Part shown: positions 10,240-20,211 of the stretch, one piece after another
How positions within the stretch are numbered: the first letter of the stretch is position 1
Layout of the letters: each line of letters starts with the position of its first letter
Assembly: GCA_965227515.1 (NCBI GenBank)
Contig: CBDDFZ010000001.1
Span: forward strand, 2,080,001-2,144,000
Direction: 5' to 3'
Length of the DNA stretch: 64,000 bases
DNA from: Alphaproteobacteria bacterium
Lineage (GTDB): Bacteria; Pseudomonadota; Alphaproteobacteria; CALKHQ01
The notes under the pieces: model-generated
What the model was told of the DNA's origin: nothing
The model's input: only the letters and a program-made list of their open reading frames with translations
The model's database searches: none
Translations under genes and position numbers: made by a program

Positions 10240-12249
10240 ATGACCAACAAAGCAGCACATCGCGTGCCGATGCGCGCCACGCCTGCGTCGCGTGCGTTCG
10301 GTGCCGGGCGGCTGTGCGCCGTCGCGATCATCACCGTGGGCGTTGGCTTGAGCCTGGGCGCGCAAAGCGCATTCGCGCAAGCCTGCGAGCAGAGCCAGGG
10401 CCAACTGAGCCAGGCCATTGTCGATTCACAGTCCGCGCTCGACCAGATCGAGGGCGCGCTGAACAATTTCCAGAACGACCTGATCCAGCCCCGTACGGGC
10501 CCGATCGACAATAGCCAGATCGTCCAGGTGCGCGATGCGACCGACGAGTACATCGTCGCCTTGAACGATTTCAGCAGCCAGATCACCGGCATCAGCGAGG
10601 CGTGCGGTTCGGCCTTTGCCACCGACGTCGCGACCCTGAACGCCACTATCGAGCGCTATCGCACCCAGCGCACCCGTGCCGAGCAATTGCTGGCCGATCA
10701 CCAGTTGCTTGTGGATTCCGGCGAGCCGCCGATGACCCAGGCGCAGATGGAAGCGGTGCAGCGCGCGCTGATCAATCTGGGCTTCTATGACGGCGCCATC
10801 GATGGCCGCTTCGGGTCCAGCACCCGCGCGTCGATCCGCGCCTATCAGTCGTCGCGCAGCCTGGCGGCCACCGGCTATCTGACTCCGCCCCAGTTCCAGG
10901 AGCTGCTGGACACGCCAGAGGCGGACCAGGAGGTGGACACCCCGGTTGCCGACGTGCCGAATCTGCCGTCCGCGCCGACCGCGGATGGCGACCCGCCGCC
11001 GCCGGCCCCGGCCCTGAGCGACGAGGCGCGCGAAGTGTGCGTGGCCAACGTCAACCAGGTCACCACCGCGACCGAGCGCACGCAGGACTATCGCGCCGAG
11101 GTCAACCCGCGGGTCAGCGAACTGCGCACCATCCTGCGCGGGCCGCGCGTGCCAGCCTATGACGAGGAGGAAGCCGGCCGCATCGCGGAGAACATCGCCC
11201 GCTATCTGGACCAGATCGACGACTTCTACGACCAGGCCAGCAATGTCGGCACCGTGTGCGGCGACGAGTATGAGACCGCGCTTGCCTCGCTGAACAACCA
11301 GATCGATGCCTTGCGCAGCGTGCAGCAGCGCGCCGAGCAGATCGACCGCGACTTCGCGACCCTGATCGCCTCCGGCGAGCCGTCGATGTCGCGCGAGGAG
11401 ATGGTGCAGATCCAGCAGGCGTTGCAGGCGCGCGGCCACTATTCGGGCGCCCTCGATGCCCTGTTCGGGCCGAACACGCGCAATGCGATCCGCGCCTATC
11501 AGGCCGCCGTCGGCGCCGAGCAGACCGGCTATCTGACCGCCCGTCAGGTTGCCGACCTGCGCAGCGAGGCCGTGGCTCCGCCGCCGGACGACGAGCCGAG
11601 CGTGCAGGTGCTGGAGTCGCCGGACGACCCGATGGCGCGGCTGATCTCCACCGCCGTGGTCCGTGCGCAATTGGAGCAGGACCTCGCCGACCAGCCGTCG
11701 ATGCAGCCGTTCTCCGAGATCGGCCGTGACGAGGGCGCGTTCGGTGCCTTCTGGTGGCGCATGCACGACGCGCTGGCGACCAATGGCGACGCCAAGTACG
11801 TCATCGACAACCGCTATGCGCTGATGGGTGCGGTCTACATGGAGCGCTCGGCCGAATCGCTGGAGATGGTCGACACGCACCTGCTGATCGCCGACGCCTA
11901 TGCGCGTGCCGGCCTGTTCAGCGACGCCGCGATCCATCTGGAGCGGGCCTACCAGATGTGGCCGGCCCTCTCCCGCAATGCGCCGGCCGAGATGGCTGCG
12001 ATCCAGGCCCGGCTGGCATCGGTCCGGCTGGCCCAGGCGGCCGCTGGCGATGCGTTCGATGAAGGCGCGTTCGATGCCATCGCGACGATGCTGGCGGAAG
12101 CGCGGGCCTCGGCCGAGGCCAGCGTCGGCGCCAACGACGCGCTGACGCTGTCGATCGTGGATCGCCTGGCCGACCTGCATGCCGCCGCCAACCGTGAGGC
12201 GACGGATGCCGCGGTTGCGGCTGCCGTGCAGGCCCGCTACCCGCAGTAG
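10240..12249 (+). CDS. Secreted protein with two helical-bundle + peptidoglycan-binding modules and a TPR-like C-terminus
   Basis: Signal peptide ending AFA-Q; two PG_binding_1 motifs (VQRALINLGFYDGAIDGRFGSSTRASIRAYQ; IQQALQARGHYSGALDALFGPNTRNAIRAYQ); helical C-terminus. Confidence 0.8.
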   Translation: MTNKAAHRVPMRATPASRAFGAGRLCAVAIITVGVGLSLGAQSAFAQACEQSQGQLSQAIVDSQSALDQIEGALNNFQNDLIQPRTGPIDNSQIVQVRDATDEYIVALNDFSSQITGISEACGSAFATDVATLNATIERYRTQRTRAEQLLADHQLLVDSGEPPMTQAQMEAVQRALINLGFYDGAIDGRFGSSTRASIRAYQSSRSLAATGYLTPPQFQELLDTPEADQEVDTPVADVPNLPSAPTADGDPPPPAPALSDEAREVCVANVNQVTTATERTQDYRAEVNPRVSELRTILRGPRVPAYDEEEAGRIAENIARYLDQIDDFYDQASNVGTVCGDEYETALASLNNQIDALRSVQQRAEQIDRDFATLIASGEPSMSREEMVQIQQALQARGHYSGALDALFGPNTRNAIRAYQAAVGAEQTGYLTARQVADLRSEAVAPPPDDEPSVQVLESPDDPMARLISTAVVRAQLEQDLADQPSMQPFSEIGRDEGAFGAFWWRMHDALATNGDAKYVIDNRYALMGAVYMERSAESLEMVDTHLLIADAYARAGLFSDAAIHLERAYQMWPALSRNAPAEMAAIQARLASVRLAQAAAGDAFDEGAFDAIATMLAEARASAEASVGANDALTLSIVDRLADLHAAANREATDAAVAAAVQARYPQ

Positions 12250-12261
12250 CGGCATGCGATA

Positions 12262-12285
12262 GCGGCCACCGGAACTGGTGGCCGC
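12262..12285 (+). terminator. GC hairpin downstream of the PG-binding protein gene
   Basis: GCGGCCACC-GGAACT-GGTGGCCGC perfect 9-bp stem; no U-tract. Confidence 0.4.
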
Positions 12286-12446
12286 ACGGGGTACGGTGCC
12301 CGCCCGGTCTGCCGATGTCTTCGGCGGCCCGCGGCGGGCACTGTCGTTCTTGGCGTCGATCTTGCTCGCCCCAAGCCAGGAAAGGGCCTTGCGCACATGC
12401 AAGCGTCCTGACGTTATTGCGCCTGCAACTTGCGCGAAGGACCGCC

Positions 12447-14240
12447 ATGCCCAATCTCGATCTCGCCCTTATCGGCAACTCAAGCTTCAATGCCCTGGTC
12501 GATCGCAACGGGCGCATCGTCTGGTGCTGCATGCCGCGTTTCGACGGCGACCCGCTGTTCTGCGCGCTGCTGCAGGACACCGACGAGCCCGATCATGGCT
12601 TCTTCGATGTCCAGTTGCAGAACATGGTCCGGGCCGAGCAGACCTATGAGCCGAACACCGCGATCCTGACCACGAGGCTGTTCGACAGCAACGGCAGCGG
12701 CATAGAGATCGAGGACTTCGCCCCGCGTTATTGGATGTTCGGGCGCGTGTTCCGGCCGGTCACGCTGGTGCGGCGGGTGCGCCCGATTGGCGGCACCCCG
12801 GCCGTGCGCATCCGGCTGCGGCCGACCTATGACTATGGTGCGGAAACGCCTGAGACGACGCGCGGCTCCAACCACGTGCGCTACCTGGTGCCGAACATGA
12901 CGCTGCGGCTGACCACCGATGTGCCCATCAGTTGCGTCACCGAGGAGCTGATGTTCGTGCTGGAGCAGGAATTCAGCATGCTGATCGGCCCGGACGAGAG
13001 CCTGACCCGGCCGGTCCGCGAGGTGGCGCACGAGTTCCACACCAACACGCTGGACTATTGGCGGGAATGGACGCGCTACCTGTCGATCCCGTTCGAGTGG
13101 CAGGATCAGGTGATCCGCGCGGCCATCACGCTGAAGCTGTGCGCCTACGAGGAGACCGGCGCCATCATCGCGGCACCCACCACCTCGATCCCGGAGTCGC
13201 ATGGCTCGGAGCGCAATTGGGACTATCGCTTCTGCTGGTTGCGCGATGCCTATTTCGTCGTCCATGCGCTGAACCGGCTGGGCGCCACCCGGACGATGGA
13301 AGACTACCTGCGCTACATCATCAACGTGGTCATCGGCAGCGAGGAGACCCAGGGCGACAAGCTGCAGCCGCTCTATTCGATCCTGATGGAGCCGAAGACC
13401 GACGAGCGCATCGTCGAGAGCCTGCCCGGCTATCGCGGCATGGGGCCGGTGCGCGTCGGCAATGCCGCCTATACCCAGCACCAGCACGATGTGTATGGCG
13501 CCGTGGTGCTGGCCAGCGCGCAGGCGTTCTTCGACAGCCGGCTGACGCGCCCGGGCGGCGAGACCCTGTTCGGGCGGCTGGAACGCATGGGCGAGCAGGC
13601 CTGGCTGCTGTACGACAAGCCCGATGCCGGGCCTTGGGAACTGCGCGGGTCGGTCCATGTGCACACGTTCTCGACCCTGATGTGCTGGTGCGCCTGCGAC
13701 CGGCTGGCGCGCATCGCGGCCCGCCTGGATCTGGCGGACCGGGCGGCGGAATGGACGGAGCGCGCCGACACCATTCGCACCTACATCGAAACCGAGGCGT
13801 GGAACGAGGAGGAGCAGGCCTACACCCAGGCGATCGGTGGAACGGAACTGGATGCCTCGCTGTTGTTGATGAACAACCTGGGGTTCGTGGCGGCGGACGA
13901 TCCGCGGTTTGCCAGCACGGTGGATGCCATCGGACGGGTGCTGAAACGGGGCATGTATGTCTTCCGCTACCGCGCCGCCGACGACTTCGGCGAACCGGAG
14001 AATGCGTTCAATATCTGCACCTTCTGGTACATCGACGCCATTGCGGCGCTGGGGCGCGACGAGGAGGCGCGGGCCATGTTCCAGAACATGCTGGGCTGCC
14101 TGAACCATGTCGGCCTGCTGTCGGAGGACCTGGATGTGCACACCGGCGAGCAGTGGGGCAATTTCCCACAGACCTATTCGCTGGTCGGCCTGATAAGCTC
14201 GGCCATGCGTCTGTCGAAATCGTGGGAGGATGCATTTTGA
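12447..14240 (+). CDS. Glycoside hydrolase family 15 (trehalase/glucoamylase-like)
   Basis: AAPTTSIPE, RNWDYRFCWLRDA, WELRG and LLSED...GNFPQTYS motifs. Confidence 0.92.
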   Translation: MPNLDLALIGNSSFNALVDRNGRIVWCCMPRFDGDPLFCALLQDTDEPDHGFFDVQLQNMVRAEQTYEPNTAILTTRLFDSNGSGIEIEDFAPRYWMFGRVFRPVTLVRRVRPIGGTPAVRIRLRPTYDYGAETPETTRGSNHVRYLVPNMTLRLTTDVPISCVTEELMFVLEQEFSMLIGPDESLTRPVREVAHEFHTNTLDYWREWTRYLSIPFEWQDQVIRAAITLKLCAYEETGAIIAAPTTSIPESHGSERNWDYRFCWLRDAYFVVHALNRLGATRTMEDYLRYIINVVIGSEETQGDKLQPLYSILMEPKTDERIVESLPGYRGMGPVRVGNAAYTQHQHDVYGAVVLASAQAFFDSRLTRPGGETLFGRLERMGEQAWLLYDKPDAGPWELRGSVHVHTFSTLMCWCACDRLARIAARLDLADRAAEWTERADTIRTYIETEAWNEEEQAYTQAIGGTELDASLLLMNNLGFVAADDPRFASTVDAIGRVLKRGMYVFRYRAADDFGEPENAFNICTFWYIDAIAALGRDEEARAMFQNMLGCLNHVGLLSEDLDVHTGEQWGNFPQTYSLVGLISSAMRLSKSWEDAF

Positions 14241-15616
14241 GCCGCCTGGTCGTCGTTTCGAACCGCGTCGCTCCGGTCGTCGAGGGCAAGGCCTCGGCGG
14301 GCGGGCTTGCCGTCGGCGTTCTGGCGGCCTTGCGCCAGACCGGCGGCATGTGGTTCGGCTGGAGCGGCGACCTGGTGAGCGACGACCCCGGGCCGGTGGC
14401 GGTGTTCGAAACCGGGCAGGTCACCTATGCGACGATGGACCTGGCGGAGCGGGACTACGACGAATATTACAACGGCTTTGCGAATTCCACGTTATGGCCG
14501 TTGTTTCATTACCGTATCGACCTGGTCAACTTCTCGCGCCGCCAGTACACCACTTACCAGCGGGTCAATACGCTGTTCGCGACGCGCCTGCGGCCGCTGC
14601 TGAAGGACGACGACCTGATCTGGGTCCACGACTACCACCTGATCCCCCTGGGTCAGGAACTGCGGCGCAACGGCACCGAGAACCGGATCGGCTTCTTCCT
14701 GCACACGCCCTGGCCGGCGCTGGAGGTGCTGCTGTCGCTGCCGGCCCATGGCCCGCTGGTGCGCGCGTTGTGTGCCTACGACGTCATCGGCTTTCACACC
14801 GAACGCGACCTGCGCTCGTTCCACGACTACGTCCGTTACGAGGCCGGCGGCCAGGTGCGCGAGGACGGCACCATTTCGGTCTACGGGCGCACGCTGCGGG
14901 CCGCGGCCTTCCCCATCGGCGTCGACGTGGAGAATGTTGCCAGCATGGCGGCGGTGGCCGCGCAGTCGCCGCAGACCCGACGGCTGAAGGAGACCTTGCA
15001 CGAGCGCGCGCTGATGGTCGGCGTCGACCGGCTGGATTATTCCAAGGGCCTGGTCAACCGGTTCGAGGCTTTCGAGCGCCTGCTGGAGTCCTATCCGGCC
15101 AATCGCGGCCACGTCATCCTGTTGCAGATCGCGCCGCCGTCGCGCACCGAGGTGCAGCAGTACATCGAGATGCGCCGCGAGCTGGAGACCGCCGCCGGCC
15201 ACATCAACGGCCGCTTCGCCGACTACGACTGGGTGCCGATCCGCTATCTGAACAAGGGCTTCAACAGGAAGGCGCTGGTCGGTTTCCTGCGGATCGCCGA
15301 TGCGGCCCTGGTGACCCCGCTGCGCGACGGCATGAACCTGGTCGCCAAGGAATATGTCGCGGCGCAGGACCCGGAGAATCCGGGTGTCCTGATCCTCTCC
15401 CGCTTCGCCGGTGCGGCGGAGGAGATGGATGGCGCGCTGGTGATCAATCCCTACGACACCGATACGGTGGCCGAGGCGATGCAGCGCGCGCTCGACATGC
15501 CGCTGGAGGAGCGGAAGGAGCGCTGGCAGACCGACATGGATGCGCTGCGCCGCAACGACATCAGCGCCTGGCGCGAGCGGTTCATGGCCGCGCTGGCCGC
15601 TGTCCCGGCCGCATAG
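14237..15616 (+). CDS. otsA: Trehalose-6-phosphate synthase
   Basis: RLVVVSNR, GGLAVG, WFGWSG, YYNGFANSTLWPLFHYR, WVHDYHL, VDRLDYSKG and RDGMNLVAKEY. The TTG start overlaps the GH15 stop and follows GGAGG. Confidence 0.95.
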   Translation: MSRLVVVSNRVAPVVEGKASAGGLAVGVLAALRQTGGMWFGWSGDLVSDDPGPVAVFETGQVTYATMDLAERDYDEYYNGFANSTLWPLFHYRIDLVNFSRRQYTTYQRVNTLFATRLRPLLKDDDLIWVHDYHLIPLGQELRRNGTENRIGFFLHTPWPALEVLLSLPAHGPLVRALCAYDVIGFHTERDLRSFHDYVRYEAGGQVREDGTISVYGRTLRAAAFPIGVDVENVASMAAVAAQSPQTRRLKETLHERALMVGVDRLDYSKGLVNRFEAFERLLESYPANRGHVILLQIAPPSRTEVQQYIEMRRELETAAGHINGRFADYDWVPIRYLNKGFNRKALVGFLRIADAALVTPLRDGMNLVAKEYVAAQDPENPGVLILSRFAGAAEEMDGALVINPYDTDTVAEAMQRALDMPLEERKERWQTDMDALRRNDISAWRERFMAALAAVPAA

Positions 15617-15631
15617 CGCGCGCTGCTGGCC

Positions 15632-16591
15632 ATGCCCGACCCGGAATATCGCCTGCTTGCCGACATCGGCGGCACCAATGCCCGGTTCGCATTGCAACGG
15701 ACCGGCGAGGAACCGGAGCATGTCATCGTCCTGCCGACCGGCGACTACGACGATCTGGGTGCGGCAACAACGGCATATCTGGACCGACTGCCCGACGGGC
15801 TTGCCGTGCGTCGCGCCGCCGTGTGCCTGGCGTGTCCGATCTTGGGCGACCGGGTGAAGCTGACCAACAACCGCTGGGACTTCTCCATCGCAGATACAAG
15901 GACGGCGCTGGGGCTGGACGTGTTGCACGTGATCAACGACTTCGCGGCGGTCGCGCTGTCGGTGCCGCATCTGGCGGCGGACGCCCTGGAGCAGGTCGGC
16001 GGCGGCCCGGCGGTGCCGCGTGCGCCGGTCGGGGTGCTTGGCGCCGGCACCGGGCTTGGCGTCGGTGCTTTGATGCCGTTGGGGGAGGCGAGCTGGCTGC
16101 CGGTGCCGGGCGAGGGCGGCCATGCCACCATGGCGCCGATGACCGCCCGCGAAGACGCGATATTCGCGCGGGTGCGCCATCGCTTCGGCCATGCGTCGGC
16201 GGAGCGGGTGCTGTCCGGCGCCGGCATCGTCAACCTGCACGCCGCGATCACGGCGGAGGACGATTTCGCGGCCGAGCACTTGACGCCGGAGGAGATCACC
16301 GCGCGTGCCGTTGCCGGCGACGTGCTCTGCGACGAGACCCTGGAGATGTTCTGCCTCGCCCTCGGCACCGTTGCCGCCAACGTGGCGCTGACCTTCAACG
16401 CGCAGGGTGGCATCTATATCGGCGGCGGCATCGTGCGCGAACTCGGCGAACGGTTCATGCGCTCGGGTTTCCGCGAGCGCTTTGAGACCAAGGGCCGGTT
16501 CAGCGATTTCCTGGCGACGGTGCCGGTGTTTCAGATCGTCAAGCCGTTTTCCGCCATGATCGGGCTGGCGGCCCTGCTGGACCAGGACTAA
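15632..16591 (+). CDS. glk: Glucokinase
   Basis: LADIGGTNARF, INDF, GAGTGLG, EGGH, SAERVLSG, GGIYIGGGI and FETKGRF. Confidence 0.93.
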   Translation: MPDPEYRLLADIGGTNARFALQRTGEEPEHVIVLPTGDYDDLGAATTAYLDRLPDGLAVRRAAVCLACPILGDRVKLTNNRWDFSIADTRTALGLDVLHVINDFAAVALSVPHLAADALEQVGGGPAVPRAPVGVLGAGTGLGVGALMPLGEASWLPVPGEGGHATMAPMTAREDAIFARVRHRFGHASAERVLSGAGIVNLHAAITAEDDFAAEHLTPEEITARAVAGDVLCDETLEMFCLALGTVAANVALTFNAQGGIYIGGGIVRELGERFMRSGFRERFETKGRFSDFLATVPVFQIVKPFSAMIGLAALLDQD

Positions 16592-16676
16592 TCTGCGGCC
16601 CCATCGCAATCCGACTTCGCAACCGAACAAGACCGACGCGCCGACCGGACAGAGCGCGCGCCCAATGGAGGAAACC

Positions 16677-17429
16677 ATGAACCGTATCGATCTCGAAGGG
16701 CGCAATGCCATCGTCACCGGCGCCGCGCGCGGCATCGGCTATGCCATCGCCGAGCGCATCCTGCAGTCCGGCGCGTCGTGCGCGATCTGGGACATGAACG
16801 AGGACCGGATGGCGAGCGCCAAGGCGGCGCTGTCGGCGCACGGCACGGTGGAGACGGTCAAGGTCGACATCTCCGACGCCGGCTCGGTCGAGCACGCCAT
16901 GGGCGCCACGCTGGAGGCGCTTGGCCATGTCGACCTGGTGGTCAATTCCGCCGGTGTCGCCGGCGTGTCGAAGACGGCGTGGGAGTGCGGCCTGGACGAA
17001 TGGCGCCAGGTCATCGACATCAACCTGTGGGGCACCTATCTGGTTTGCCGCGCCGCCATTCCGCAGATGATCGACCGCGGCTACGGCCGCATCGTCAACA
17101 TCGCGTCGATTGCCGGCAAGGAGGGCAACCCCAACGCGTCGCACTACTCGGCCAGCAAGGCCGGCGTCATCGGCCTCACCAAGTCGCTCGGCAAGGAACT
17201 GGCGACCAGCGGCGTGGTGGTCAACTGCATCACGCCGGCGGTGATCATGACAGAGATCCTGGAACAGGTGAGCCAGGAGCACATCGACTACATGCTGTCG
17301 AAGATCCCGATGGGCCGGGCCGGCGAGCCCGGCGAGGTGGCGGCCCTGGTGGCGTGGCTGTGCAGCGAGGATGTCTCGTTCACAACCGGCGCCGTGTTCG
17401 ATATTTCCGGCGGCCGCGCGACCTATTGA
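16677..17429 (+). CDS. SDR-family oxidoreductase
   Basis: TGAARGIG, VNSAG, YSASK and FDISGGRATY. Confidence 0.9.
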   Translation: MNRIDLEGRNAIVTGAARGIGYAIAERILQSGASCAIWDMNEDRMASAKAALSAHGTVETVKVDISDAGSVEHAMGATLEALGHVDLVVNSAGVAGVSKTAWECGLDEWRQVIDINLWGTYLVCRAAIPQMIDRGYGRIVNIASIAGKEGNPNASHYSASKAGVIGLTKSLGKELATSGVVVNCITPAVIMTEILEQVSQEHIDYMLSKIPMGRAGEPGEVAALVAWLCSEDVSFTTGAVFDISGGRATY

Positions 17430-17458
17430 CAGATTGGGTGTTCGCGCCCAGCATTGTC

Positions 17459-17494
17459 GGGTCCCTGTCTTTGCAGGGACCCGTTGATATTTTG
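17459..17494 (+). terminator. Probable intrinsic terminator of the GH15-otsA-glk-SDR unit
   Basis: GGGTCCCTG-TCTTTG-CAGGGACCC stem followed by GTTGATATTTTG. Confidence 0.55.
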
Positions 17495-17514
17495 TAGTGT
17501 ATTTGGGCCGACAT

Positions 17515-17543
17515 TTGACGGCTCGATTTTTTATTTTTATCAA
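17515..17543 (+). promoter_or_regulatory. Candidate sigma70 promoter of the S8 peptidase gene
   Basis: TTGACG-N17-TATCAA in an AT-rich patch just upstream of the AGGAG RBS. Confidence 0.4.
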
Positions 17544-17562
17544 GCCATTAGGAGTCTTCGTC

Positions 17563-18618
17563 ATGGCGACCGATCGCAATTGGTTCTTGAAGACCGTGGG
17601 CGCGCCGCGTGCCTGGCAGATGGTGCAGGGCGGCAAGAAAATCGATTTCGACAACATCGACTGGGCGCGGATCGGCGCGTTCCAATGGGGCGATATCCGC
17701 ATCGCCCATCTGGATCACGGCTACACCTCCCATCCGGCGACCCGCAACATCGTGCAGCCCACGCTGGGCCGCAACTACATGGACGCCGGTGCCACCGACC
17801 CGCGCGACCCGCTGAACTATGGCGATATGTTCGGCTTTCCCGGCCACGGCACCCGCACCGGCTCCGTGCTGGTCGGCGCCGACAAGGCGGAGCCGTTCCT
17901 GGGCGCGGCACCGCGCTGCATGCTGGTGCCCTACCGGGTGACCAACCGCAGCGTGCTTAACCTGGGCGGCGGCACGTCCGGCCCGCCGGAGACCACCAAC
18001 ATCGCCAAGGCGCTGGACCACGCCATCGAAAGCAGCAAGTGCCAGATCGTCTCGATCAGCCTGGGTGCCGTCTTCGGTGCGCCTGATATGGGTGCGGCCA
18101 TCGACCGCGCCTATGAAAAGGGCGTCATCGTCGTCTGCGCGGCGGGGCAGATCGTGGAAGAGGTGGTCTATCCCGGCAAATACCCGCAGACGATCAGCTG
18201 CGGCGGCTTCAAGCCCGGTTACTGGCCCTACTACCAGTATCGCAGCTCGGGCATCCAGCCCGACATCTGGGCGCCGGGCACCAACGTTTGGCGGGGCGGG
18301 GCCGGGCTACCGGACGACGGCACGAACACTTACGACTACGACGAAGGCGACGGCACGTCCTACAGCACCGCGATGATCGCCGGGCTGGCGGCGCTGTTCC
18401 TGCGCCAGCATGAGAAGACCATGGCCACCAAGGGCTACACCGGCTGGCAGCGCGTCGAACTGTTCCGGTCGTTGCTGACACGCGGCAGCCGTGCCGTGCG
18501 GGGCGTGGACGGCGCCAGGGCCGTGCAGTTCCCGGGCGTGCTGCGCGCGGGCTTCGACTGGCCCAAGCCTTCGGCGCTGAAGAAGATCAAGACCAAAGCG
18601 GAAGACATGGTGAGTTAA
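17563..18618 (+). CDS. S8 (subtilisin-like) serine peptidase without signal peptide or propeptide
   Basis: Triad motifs HLDHG, GHGTRTGS and DGTSYSTAMIAG; SISLG; AAGQ at the oxyanion position. Confidence 0.85.
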   Translation: MATDRNWFLKTVGAPRAWQMVQGGKKIDFDNIDWARIGAFQWGDIRIAHLDHGYTSHPATRNIVQPTLGRNYMDAGATDPRDPLNYGDMFGFPGHGTRTGSVLVGADKAEPFLGAAPRCMLVPYRVTNRSVLNLGGGTSGPPETTNIAKALDHAIESSKCQIVSISLGAVFGAPDMGAAIDRAYEKGVIVVCAAGQIVEEVVYPGKYPQTISCGGFKPGYWPYYQYRSSGIQPDIWAPGTNVWRGGAGLPDDGTNTYDYDEGDGTSYSTAMIAGLAALFLRQHEKTMATKGYTGWQRVELFRSLLTRGSRAVRGVDGARAVQFPGVLRAGFDWPKPSALKKIKTKAEDMVS

Positions 18619-18692
18619 CCCTCATCCCCGTTTCCGCTGCGCGCTGCAATCGGCTACGCTAGCCCGAACCACACAAGGGGGAGGGATTCGGC

Positions 18693-20195
18693 ATGTCGTT
18701 GTCGGACGAGTTGGCCTGGAAGAGCGCGGCCGAAATCGCTCTGTTGATCCGTCGCAAGGCACTGTCGCCGGTGGAGGTGCTGGACGCCACCATCGAGCGG
18801 ATCGAGGCCCGCAACCCCAGCCTCAACGCGTTGGTCTATTTCGCCTATGACGAGGCGCGCGCGGCGGCGAAGGCGGCGGAAGAGGCGCTGACCAAGGGCG
18901 AGCCGCTGGGCCTGCTGCACGGCGTGCCGTCGGCGCTGAAGGACCTGTTCGACTTCAAGCCGGGCTGGATCTCCACCCTGGGTGGCCTGCCCCGCATGGC
19001 CAACCACAAGGTGGATGCCACCTCCGGTTTCGCCGAGGGCCTGGAGAGGGCCGGCGCGGTGCTGGTCGGCATGACCAACAGCCCGGTGCTGGGCTTCCGC
19101 GGCTGCTGCGACAATCCGCTGTTCGGGCCGACCCGCAACCCGTTCGACCTCAGCCGCAACAGCGGCGGTTCGTCCGGCGGTGCCGCGGCGGCTGTGGGCG
19201 ACGGACTGCTCTCTGTCGTGCAGGGCACCGACGGCGGCGGCTCGATCCGTATTCCGTCGGCGTTCTGCGGCGTTTATGGCTTCAAGCCCTCGCCGGGCCG
19301 CATCCCGCGCGTTGCCCGGCCGAATGCGTTCTCCGGCGTCACGCCATTCCTGTTCGAAGGCCCGATCGCGCGCACCGTCGAGGACGCCGCCCTGCTGATG
19401 ACGGCGCTGCATGACTACAACCCGCGCGACCCGTTCAGCCTGGACCAGCCGATGGACTACATGGGCGCGCTCGGCCGCTCGGTGAAGGGCTGGAAGATCG
19501 CCTACACGCCGGCCTGGGACGGTTTTCCCATCGAGAAGCCGGTCGCCGATGCGGTGGCCGCCGGGGTGCGCGCGTTCGAGGAGGCGGGCGCCCATGTCGA
19601 GGAAGTGAAGCTCGGCATCGACCGGCCGCAGGGCGAGCTGAGCGCGCTCTGGTGCCGCATGATCACCCCGCTCGGCCTGTCGACGTTCGAGTACATCAAG
19701 GAGCTTGGCCTCGACCTGCTGGGCGACCATCGCGACGAGTTCCCGCCGGAGTACCTGGAGTGGGCCGACGCGTGCCAGTCGATGACCGCGACCGAATTCT
19801 ACCGCGACCAAGAGATCCGTACCGAGGTCTACGACGCGATCCAGGACACGCTGGACGACTACGACATCATCGTCGGGCCGACGCTGTGCTGCCTGCCGGT
19901 GAAGAACACGGCGCGCGGCACCACCAAGGGGCCGACCGAGATCAACGGCGAGGCGATCAACCCGCTGATCGGCTGGTGCCCGACCTATCTGATCAACTAC
20001 ACCGGCAACCCGGCAGCCTCCATTCCGTGCGGTCCGTCGCCGGAGGGCCTGCCGGTCGGATTGCAGATCGTCGGCCGCCGATTCCGCGACGACGACGTAT
20101 TGACCGCGAGCGCCGCGTTCGAGCGCTTGCGGCCCTGGATGGGCACATACGCGGCGGCGGAGAATCGGCCGATGAGCGTGCCGGACGCGGCCTGA
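18693..20195 (+). CDS. Amidase-signature family enzyme
   Basis: LKDL, GGSSGG, GTDGGGSIRIPS (Ser-cisSer-Lys triad) and GLPVGLQIVG. Confidence 0.93.
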   Translation: MSLSDELAWKSAAEIALLIRRKALSPVEVLDATIERIEARNPSLNALVYFAYDEARAAAKAAEEALTKGEPLGLLHGVPSALKDLFDFKPGWISTLGGLPRMANHKVDATSGFAEGLERAGAVLVGMTNSPVLGFRGCCDNPLFGPTRNPFDLSRNSGGSSGGAAAAVGDGLLSVVQGTDGGGSIRIPSAFCGVYGFKPSPGRIPRVARPNAFSGVTPFLFEGPIARTVEDAALLMTALHDYNPRDPFSLDQPMDYMGALGRSVKGWKIAYTPAWDGFPIEKPVADAVAAGVRAFEEAGAHVEEVKLGIDRPQGELSALWCRMITPLGLSTFEYIKELGLDLLGDHRDEFPPEYLEWADACQSMTATEFYRDQEIRTEVYDAIQDTLDDYDIIVGPTLCCLPVKNTARGTTKGPTEINGEAINPLIGWCPTYLINYTGNPAASIPCGPSPEGLPVGLQIVGRRFRDDDVLTASAAFERLRPWMGTYAAAENRPMSVPDAA

Positions 20196-20211
20196 TCTCG
20201 ACACAAGGCGG

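Noticed and set aside
12932-14236. Apparent 430-aa N-terminal extension of OtsA (894-aa ORF)
   Set aside because: Off-frame overlap with GH15; OtsA homology starts at TTG 14237 behind a good RBS.
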